A stretch of DNA of 25,561 bases from Plasmodiophora brassicae (Eukaryota): contig CP145417.1 in the NCBI GenBank assembly GCA_036867785.1, forward strand, positions 1,364,001 to 1,389,561. Reading direction: 5' to 3'. The position numbers and the translations under genes were made by a program. Every line of letters starts with the position of its first letter. Within the stretch, counting starts at the first letter, position 1. The notes under the pieces are model-generated. The model did not search any database. It was not told the DNA's origin and worked only from the letters and a program-made list of their open reading frames with translations. This document shows, piece by piece, positions 9,436 through 17,269 of the stretch.

Positions 9436-10283
9436 GCCGCCCTCCTGGACGGCCTGCAGGGCAGACAGGCGTCGCTCGAGATCATGCCGACTGGGAGCTC
9501 GGTGTCATCCTTGGTTGGTCGGCCCGCCATCGACGTGGTGCAGGGCAGGGGCGCACGCGACCGATTGCAGCAAACGGCAGACGGCCAGATCGCCGCCTGA
9601 GCTGAGGAGCAGGTCCGCGCGACGGTGGACCCCAACCTCCCCTCCCCCACGCCTAGGCACGACGACTGCCGGCGCCCTGCTGGTCATCATGCTGGACGGG
9701 AGACGGCATGCGACGGCAGGTGTGCCCTGTCCAGCACTCTCAGGACATCCAAACTGTTGATACGAGGTTCCAGGATCTGAACAAATAACGTTGTTAGACG
9801 CGGTCTTCACACGAGACTCCACCCAACCTGCAGCAGTGACACATATTGGCATTCCTCTATCACACCCTTCGTTGACGCTCCTGGAGGGCAACATGCTGGC
9901 CGACCGGCGTCATCAGCCTGCTCCTGAACGACTTCGGGCACATGTTCAGGGACGACGGTCCTGGTAACTGGGCGGCTGGTGAACTCGTCGCTTGGAAAAC
10001 GTTGTTCTTCAGCGTAACCGATGCACACGACAACGATGATAGTGGCCGGACAAGCCGTGCGTCACGCGCCGGTGTACCCCCTCTTAACAGGGGAGACACT
10101 GAACACCTCCCAGCTTGCAGATCGCATGAACGCAAACGAAACCACATCGCAGGCATTCTGACCGTTATAAACTGCCGCGTGATGGAGGCTGACGATGTAT
10201 ACCAAGCTCCGTTGTCGCCCTGCTGCGTCCCCTGGCACCAGGACACATAGAGCTGGATCTCCTCTAGGTGAACCGGCCTTGGT

Positions 10284-11880
10284 TTATTTCTTGGGTTCCC
10301 CGTGGAGGTAGTAGACCCAGGGCGGTACAGTGGCCTGGTCGGCGCCGCCCGTGCGTGTAACGACCAGCTTGCCGTTCGTGGGCTGGGCCACTGGAACCCG
10401 ACCTGTATGCTGACCTCCTTCTTCGTATCGACCGTTTCGCCCTTCTTCCCGATCGTGAACGCCGGATTGTCCACCGTGTAGACGAACTCGCTGCGCTGGC
10501 CAAACACGTTCCTGAACCGGACGGCCTGCGAGGCCCCCGCTGTGATGCTGATGGGGCCCTCCGGTCGTGGCACCGAGCAGTGCCCGTGCAGAGCGCATCG
10601 GTACTCGCCGGCATCCGTCGACGTCACCTTCAGCTCATCGCGGACGTCGTTCAGGCCGGACGGGTCGAACAGGACCGTCACCTGGCACTCGACACCGGTG
10701 TCGCCGTTCGCGTCTGCGCCGGCGCACGTGACCTTCTTGTCCCCGACCACCTCCAGGTCACGGCAGTCAGGCATCCATATCGAAACCTAGGCGGTTACCA
10801 ACCTGGAACGCTTGACCACCGACGAACGAACACTCGTAAGTGGTCGGCTTCTTCGACCACGACAGGAACCGGAAGCGCTGGGTGCAGGTCGCCCCGAGGT
10901 ACGCGTCGAACCTCAGCGACGCATCGACGGCGGCCGCGCACGCCTGCAACTCGAGCTCGTACGGGAAGTCGCCCAGCTCGGCGGACGATAGCGTCAGGCG
11001 GACGCGCTGTGGCCCGGCAGCAGGGCGCCCCACGACCAACGGCCGGTACGCGATCGAGACGAGCGTCTCCCGTCGCGCCGTCAGCCGTACGGGTAGACCG
11101 CGAACGTCGACATCGGGCGACTCGCACGAGAACGACGTCAGCGTGCAATCGCGACCCAGCCTGTTCTCCAGCGGCACGCTCGTCAGCGCGCGCTGACGCA
11201 CCGGCGACTGCAGGGCGATGCGATCGATGATGCCGGCGTCGGTGACGACGATCGTCAGACGGTGCACGAGGTATTCGCCTGTGGGGCCCACGCGCGTCAC
11301 ATGATCGTTCAACGGACGTCCACGCACGCATCGTGTGTGTGCCGCCCACCGTTGTCGTCGTTGACGAACTTGACGAGGGCGACCGTCGTGCCGGGACGGT
11401 ACGCGTAGATCTGGAGGCGCACGTCGCGCGACACGCCCCCGGGGACGCCGACCGAGTCGCCGGCTGTGATCGACACGGTGTCATCGGGCGGCGACTCGCG
11501 CTGGATGTCGATGCGGAACCGCTGCGGGTCGTGCAGCCAGTTGCGGACGGGCAACGTGTGGGTCGACGCGCACTTGGCCCGCACCTGGCACGCACCGTCG
11601 GATTCCAGCGCCGGCGCCTGCGTCCGACCCTGCAGCCGGTAGGACAGGGCCGACCCGGTCGGCAGCGCCATGAAGAGCGTCCCTCGGTGCAGGTCGGCGG
11701 CCGTGGTCAGCGGCGCGTACACGACGGCCAGGTTGCAGGTGGCACCGGCGGGCACCTCCAGGTCGGGGGCGGACCACGCCCCGTCGCTGATCACCGGATG
11801 CAGCTGCCACGTCGACGTCGACGTGTTCGTGATCGGCACCTGCACGGTCTGCGACCCACGTACGGTGGCGTCGAACGCCA
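10284..11880 (-). pseudogene. HYDIN: 5'-truncated HYDIN fragment (C-terminal ~490 codons, Ig-like/ASH repeats), 2 introns, 1 frameshift
   Basis: The C-terminus PRPEGPISITAGASQAVRFRNVF...VDNPAFTI...GKLVVT...WVYYLHG* matches the HYDIN end as I recall it (PKPQGPFSI...FKNVF...VDNPAFTI...WVYYLKG). Introns at 11279-11349 and 10751-10802 (the latter with an atypical GAG acceptor) join the ORFs in frame. A frameshift lies near 10390. There is no 5' part: the sequence abuts duplication copy B at 11881. Confidence 0.85.
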
Positions 11881-12523
11881 GGACGGGTGCCACAAGCAAA
11901 CGATCCGGGTTTGTCGCCAATTTCTCCGGCTGCAAGACGCGATGCTCCTCGATCCTCGCGTTCGGTGCCGCACCGCAAGCGGGATCGGGGCCGGCGTTGC
12001 TGGTGACGCCCGTCCGTTTCTCCCACACTGGTACCCTGAACGCGTCCGCGCAGGCCATGTACGTTCGAGAAGGGCAAGGTGCAGAAGGCAATGCACCGCT
12101 GCTCTGCCCGGCGTTATTCCCGAGTACGATCCTGTGAAGAAGGAGGACGTCAAGCAGGCCTTGAAAGCGTACGTACCCGCTTCTGTCGGTCCGCGCCAGT
12201 CGCTGCGGTCGTCCAATTCACCAACGGGGCGCAAGGCGACGGCGGCACAGGTCCACACGGCTGTCAAGCGCGTCCTGGACGCGTGGCCTCGGCTCGACGC
12301 CGCACTTAAGCTTGAATAATACATTCGTGCAAGTGCCCCGGACGCGCAGCAGCGTTGCCCTCCGTATACATGGTGATTCACTCATTGGATTCATGCGGTT
12401 TACTGACGACATCCACAGTCAGCACCTGCAAAGTAGTCGGCCCTCGAGGTATACTGGCGCGTGCGTGAAATTCTCGTCACGCCAATGACGCACTGGCCGT
12501 TCATCGTGGCTTCCGCCATGCCT

Positions 12524-12618
12524 GCCGTTTAATCCCGGGCGTTGATGGCGATACATGCAGATTAATACCTGGGATGGATGGCGATCAATGCCGATTAATT
12601 CCTGGGGTCATGGCGATA
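12524..12618. repeat. 33-bp minisatellite, copy within duplication B
   Basis: Three diverged GCCGATTAAT...ATGGCGAT units homologous to 7650-7745. Confidence 0.8.
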
Positions 12619-12775
12619 CTAGAGAATAATCTCGTTGACGGCTTCGTCCAGACAGTGGGACCGGTACGCGTACCGGTCCCATACTGGTTTCCAGACTATT
12701 TAGCGCAAGTCACAGGACGCCTATTATCAAGCAACACGCCCTAATTCCATCAGTATACCGGTCAAAGACTTCAAT

Positions 12776-13180
12776 ATGGCCATGTCGAAGAACCATAAGA
12801 TCATCATTGCCGTTGTCGTGTCGGTGCTCGTCTTAACCGGTCTCGCTGTCGGCCTGTACTTCGCGTTGCGGCCGAACCCCGCGGTCGAGGAGCTCAGGGA
12901 CATTGTGCAACGCGCGAAGAACACCCCCAAGGATGACGCGAAAGCACAAGAAGTGATTTTGAAGGACCTGTTGGAGTGGGTGAAGAAGTACGCGAACAAA
13001 GTTGAAAGTATGTCCAAGAAGGATCAGAGGACGATCGGCGAGCTCAGAGACGAGTTGAATTCTGTCTACGCGGGACATGCGCGCGGAGCTCATGTACAAT
13101 TTGGTCAGCATCAGAATACGGACGCCGCGCCCGTGATGCAGAACGGTGCAGACGGCCAGCCTGAGGGGACTGCCTACTAA
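12776..13180 (+). CDS. 134-aa protein with N-terminal signal anchor, copy B
   Basis: Intact ORF; differs from copy A at 6 residues. Confidence 0.85.
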   Translation: MAMSKNHKIIIAVVVSVLVLTGLAVGLYFALRPNPAVEELRDIVQRAKNTPKDDAKAQEVILKDLLEWVKKYANKVESMSKKDQRTIGELRDELNSVYAGHARGAHVQFGQHQNTDAAPVMQNGADGQPEGTAY

Positions 13181-13594
13181 CGGAGCCAGTGATGGGATAA
13201 ACCAGGGAACCGGCTTGACGCCAAACCAATATTATTGGTCGCTGCAGGCCTTGGCAGGATATCAATGTCGCCGCCTGCATGAATCAGCACGTCGCGCTGC
13301 CCGCCCTCGTCCATGCTTGCCATCGAGCCTGATGTTCCGCTTCTGCTTCCATCCAGGCGGGACGGATATCACTGGCGTTTGTGCCTTGATCAATCAATGC
13401 CTGCGCACGCCAGCTTGATCACATTCGGAACTGAGCGGGCGACACGGCGGGTGCTCCATGGTATGCGTCTTTTTGTCCTGGTGAGGCGGTGCCACCCTGG
13501 AGCAGGCGCTGTTAGTGTCGACGCTTGTGACGGCCTCCCGTCGGTCATTGACGTCATCCGGGCGGGGGGCGTCTGACGGCCACCCCAGATTTGG

Positions 13595-15011
13595 ATGTCC
13601 TTGCGTCCCATACGCGGACGTCGCCTGCTCATCGGTTCGGGTGTCGCCCTTCTTGTCGCCGTCGTCCTCGGCATCGGGTACCAGTACTGCTACCTGTTCG
13701 GCTTCCCGTCTGCCGACATGCGATACTACGTTGCTGGGGACCTCGGCGGAACCAACTGCCGCCTCATCCTCGTGCAGGTCGGGTCCCCACATTGGTTCCC
13801 TGCGACAGGGACCTAACCACATTGTGGTCGACAGGTGGCCCCGGGGCTGAAGGAGACGGTCGTCGCTGAGAAGACGTACAGGTCGGCGGAGCACGCCCAC
13901 CTGGTCGCCGTCCTGGAACGATTCCTGGTCGATTCGGGTGCCAGTCGTGGCCGGCACCCGACCGTGGCCTGCATCGCCGTGGCCGGTCCGGTCACGTCCA
14001 ATCGCTTCGCCCAGATCACCAACCTCGTAAGGCGCCGGCTACCGGCCTTGCTGTACTGCCTGCCCCATACGCGACGCTGATGAGCGGTCGCGCGTCGATG
14101 CACGTAGAACTGGACGCTGGATGCCGCCGCCATTGCCGCCCAACTGGACATCAGGGACGTGTTCTTCCTGAACGACTTTGTGGCAATCGGGTATGGCCTG
14201 CTGGCCCTGCGTCCTGGCGATTACCTGACGATCAACGACGTCGCCGGCCAGCCCGGGGCGCCGATCGCGTGCCTGGGCGCCGGCACGGGCCTCGGTGAGG
14301 TGTACCTGACACACAACGGCGACGAGTACGACGTGTGGCCATCCGAAGGCGGTCACGCCGACTTCCCGGCGCGGACGCGCACCGAGTTCGACCTGATGGA
14401 GTTCATACGGCGCCGCGCCGGCATCGATCGCGTCAGCGTCGAGCGGATCGTGTCCGGGTCCGGCCTGCCCCTGATCTACGACTACTTCAAGGACGGGCAC
14501 GCCGACCTGGTCAGCGACCGCGTCGACGCCGACCTGTCCGCCAGCGGCGCCGACCGCGCCGAGATCATCGCGCGACACGCTCTGCAGGACACCGATGTCC
14601 TGTGTCGTCGGGCGTTCGACACGTGGCTGTCTGCGTACGGTGCGGAGGTACGTACGTCGGCACACACGCACACGCCGGGATCGTTCTGTTGACCGCGCAC
14701 AGGCAGGCAACATGGCGCTGAAGACGCTGTGCTTCGGCGGGCTATACATCGCCGGCGGGATTGCCCCCAAGGTCGTGTCGTCGTTCAAGACGGGCGACGA
14801 CCTGTTCTGGAAGGCGCTGTCGTCCAAGGGGCGCATGCGCGATGTGCTCGAGCGTATCCCGGTGCACGTCGTGACGCGGCCGAACGTCGGCATGCTGGGC
14901 GCCCAGCTCGTCTGCCTGAGGCGCTTCCAGCGCGTCCTCGATCACGACGACAAGGATGACGACGACCCGAAGCTGACCGCAGATGACGGAACAAACAAGA
15001 CCAGCTTATAG
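13595..15011 (+). CDS. glk: Bacterial-type (Glk family) glucokinase with N-terminal hydrophobic anchor; join(13595..13777,13835..14026,14108..14647,14703..15011), 407 aa
   Basis: Motifs GDLGGTNCRL, VAGPV, ITNLNW, NDFVAIGYG, GAGTGLG, SEGGH, SVERIVSGSGL, GGLYIAGGIAPK and KGRM..L..IPV. Three phase-0 GT-AG introns (57, 81 and 55 nt) restore one frame. Confidence 0.95.
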
Positions 15012-15201
15012 GCGGGTACATATATACGCGTCTTCCTGCCTGCATGCCTACCCGTAGCAGGGACGCGCAGACTGAGGACACGAGGAGCGTTAGGAGAGAG
15101 ATGCATGAGTCGTACAGGGGGGCGCCTTGCAGTGCAGTGACGTGTGCTTCCGGTCACCCGACGCTGAGCCCGGTGCTGACCGGCACCACAGACCCCCTGC
15201 G

Positions 15202-15816
15202 ATGGCCAGGCGCCTGCTCGTCGGCGCGGCAATCGGCGCGCCCGCCGCGACGATCGCGGCGTTGCACACGTGCATCGTGCAGGTGCCCGTGCCGGACGCG
15301 TCGCTGCTGGCGCGGGACGCCGCCCACCGGGCGAGCCTGGACCCAGCGTACCGCTCGTACACGGACGCGTTCCGCGTCCGCGTTCGGACGCGTCGCCGAC
15401 CGTCGATCGACCAGTGCCTGCAGGCGTTCATCGAGTCGCCCGTGTTCACGCTCGAGCGCCGCCTACACGTGTGGAACGGGCTGGCCCGCCCTGATCCGAC
15501 GGGCCGGTCGACGTTCGACGTCGGCAGCGTCGTCTCCCTGTGGACGGTCGTGCACAAGACGGACCGTGCCGTCCTGCTGCGCTGGGGGCATCCCAGCCTG
15601 GCGCTGCGAGGGTCGACGTTCCTGCAAGCGACGCGGGTCGACGGGGACGACGACGCCCACGCCATCGACGTCGTGTTCGGATCGGGGCTAGACCTCCCAG
15701 CCAGCCTCGATGACACGTCGCTGGGCTGGAGAGCGGCGTCGGCAGCGCATCGCCTCTTCTCCCGCGTCCTGCTGGCGTCCACCGTCCTCCAGATGAAGTA
15801 CCACGGGGTCATCTGA
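15202..15816 (+). CDS. Hypothetical protein, 204 aa (possibly DUF2867-like)
   Basis: ATG at 15202, strong G/C third-position bias, hydrophobic N-terminus. Motifs YTDAF, AFIESPVFTLER, WTVV...VLLRWG, VFGSG and HRLFSRVLL. The family guess is tentative. Confidence 0.75.
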   Translation: MARRLLVGAAIGAPAATIAALHTCIVQVPVPDASLLARDAAHRASLDPAYRSYTDAFRVRVRTRRRPSIDQCLQAFIESPVFTLERRLHVWNGLARPDPTGRSTFDVGSVVSLWTVVHKTDRAVLLRWGHPSLALRGSTFLQATRVDGDDDAHAIDVVFGSGLDLPASLDDTSLGWRAASAAHRLFSRVLLASTVLQMKYHGVI

Positions 15817-15908
15817 CGCGCGCTGTGAGCGTCGTGTGTGGCACACTGGCGGCCTCGGGGAACTTCCCTGGAACGGGAACGCATCCGGCGACATATATTG
15901 TAGACTGA

Positions 15909-16646
15909 TTACAGGGGTAGCGGGTACTGCTGTTGCTGCTGCTGCTGCCGTACACGGTCGGTGATGCCACCTTGGGACGGCGGCGGTGGCGGCATCGGCC
16001 ATCCTTCCCAAGGAGACCCGGCGCCGATGATGACATCACCGAACAGTTCGGTATCGGGCGGCGGCGCCCATTGCTGCTGCTGCTGCTGCTGCTGCTGCTG
16101 GGTGCGATTGTGGTGGTGCGCCGCCTGCAGAATCTCGGCCGCCACCAAGTTGCTCGCAATGTGCATGCTCGGCGACGTCGGCATGGCGGCGGCCGCCTCC
16201 TGCTGCTGCTGGTGCGCGGCGTCGACGTCGTAGTGGTAGCCGAGCGGAGGGAACGGGTTCGCGCCTGGCATCGGCGCCTGCCCGCAGAGCTGCGGTGGCG
16301 GCTGGACGACCTGGGCGACCAGCGGCTGCGTCAGCTGGTGACGCGTCGTCGTGATCACCTGGTTCGTGCCCTTGTACAGGCGGGACGATCGCCCCGGCTG
16401 GTCGACGACCTCGACCTCGCCCTCGAACGCGACGTACGACTGCCACAGGTGCTCGATGTCGTCCGCCGAGCTGAACTGGGCGCATTTCGCCTTCGACTTG
16501 TGCATGACGACCAGTGCGACGTCGACGTCGCAGAGGACGGCCAGCTCTTTGGCCTTCTTGATCAGGCCCAGGTTGCGCTTGCGGAACGTCGCCTCGCGCT
16601 GCTTGCGCTCGTGGATGCGCATCATGGGCAGCTTGCCGCGACCCAT
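15909..16646 (-). CDS. MADS-box transcription factor 4, MEF2-like with polyQ/Pro-rich tail, 245 aa
   Basis: MGRGKLPMMRIHERKQREATFRKRNLGLIKKAKELAVLCDVDVALVVM...AQFSSADDIEHLWQSY. Q10 tract at 16071-16100 plus shorter Q runs. Confidence 0.93.
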   Translation of the reverse strand: MGRGKLPMMRIHERKQREATFRKRNLGLIKKAKELAVLCDVDVALVVMHKSKAKCAQFSSADDIEHLWQSYVAFEGEVEVVDQPGRSSRLYKGTNQVITTTRHQLTQPLVAQVVQPPPQLCGQAPMPGANPFPPLGYHYDVDAAHQQQQEAAAAMPTSPSMHIASNLVAAEILQAAHHHNRTQQQQQQQQQQWAPPPDTELFGDVIIGAGSPWEGWPMPPPPPSQGGITDRVRQQQQQQQYPLPL

Positions 16647-17038
16647 AGGATTGGATGGGCCGCCGGAGCCGCCGTCCCGATGTCTGTGCCGATGCGCCAC
16701 ACAGGCCCGGGCGCGACGCGCACTGGGCGGCAAATGGAGCTCCTGGGGCCGACGGGCGACGTTACTGGCCGCAGCGCTCTCTTCTCGCTCTCCCTCTGTG
16801 GCCCGCGCAGTCCGCCACGCAGTGCCCCGCACCGGACCCTTACGACACGCCTTACCTTTGCCCGACGACACCAGACGCGCTCGGTCAGATAGGGTACGCC
16901 CGGGCGTCATGTTGCCAGCGTTGACCCAGTGCAGCAGCGGTAATTGGACGGCGGCACCGCAGCCGCCGTCCTGTGCAGCACCGGCCGCGCATAGACAATG
17001 TGGGCGCGCGCCCGAGGCAGCCGCCGTGCCGTGCCGTG

Positions 17039-17198
17039 CAGCGCAACCGCAGTGCAGCTGCCGCACAGTGCAACTGCAGTGCAGCTGCCGCACAGCGCAA
17101 CTGCAGTGCAGCTGCCGCACAGCGCAACTGCAGTGCAGCTGCCGCACAGCGCAACTGCAGTGCAGTTGTCGCACAGTGCGACTGCAGTGCAGCTGCCG
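17039..17198. repeat. 27-bp minisatellite, ~6 copies
   Basis: Unit CAGCGCAACTGCAGTGCAGCTGCCGCA repeated head-to-tail with few substitutions. Confidence 0.95.
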
Positions 17199-17269
17199 TG
17201 CCCTGAGTGACACAATGCCGTGGGGCGGCGTTGCGGGCCTCGCGCGCTGACACCGCCGCCACTGCACCA

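Larger units (their letters stand above)
9060..9700 (+). repeat. Internal, diverged and deleted copy of the telomere-adjacent repeat unit
   Basis: Collinear matching blocks: ~9071-9216 to ~24396-24503, ~9261-9335 to ~24890-24961 (GCCGGCTGACGCCAGGA...ACCTCTTCTGCTT), ~9443-9610 to ~25050-25213, and ~9600-9695 to ~23766-23845 (GGAGCAGGTC...CGCCTAGG.ACGACGACT). Confidence 0.8.
11881..13832 (+). repeat. Segmental duplication, copy B
   Basis: Collinear direct repeat of 7037-9029. Confidence 0.97.

Noticed and set aside
7037-13832. LTR retrotransposon interpretation of the 2-kb direct repeats
   Set aside because: No TG...CA ends, no gag/pol, no target-site duplication seen, and the repeats contain host genes.
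17039-17198. Possible CRISPR array (also considered for 7650-7745 and 9148-9216)
   Set aside because: Units are head-to-tail with no unique spacers, there are no cas genes, and the context is eukaryotic.
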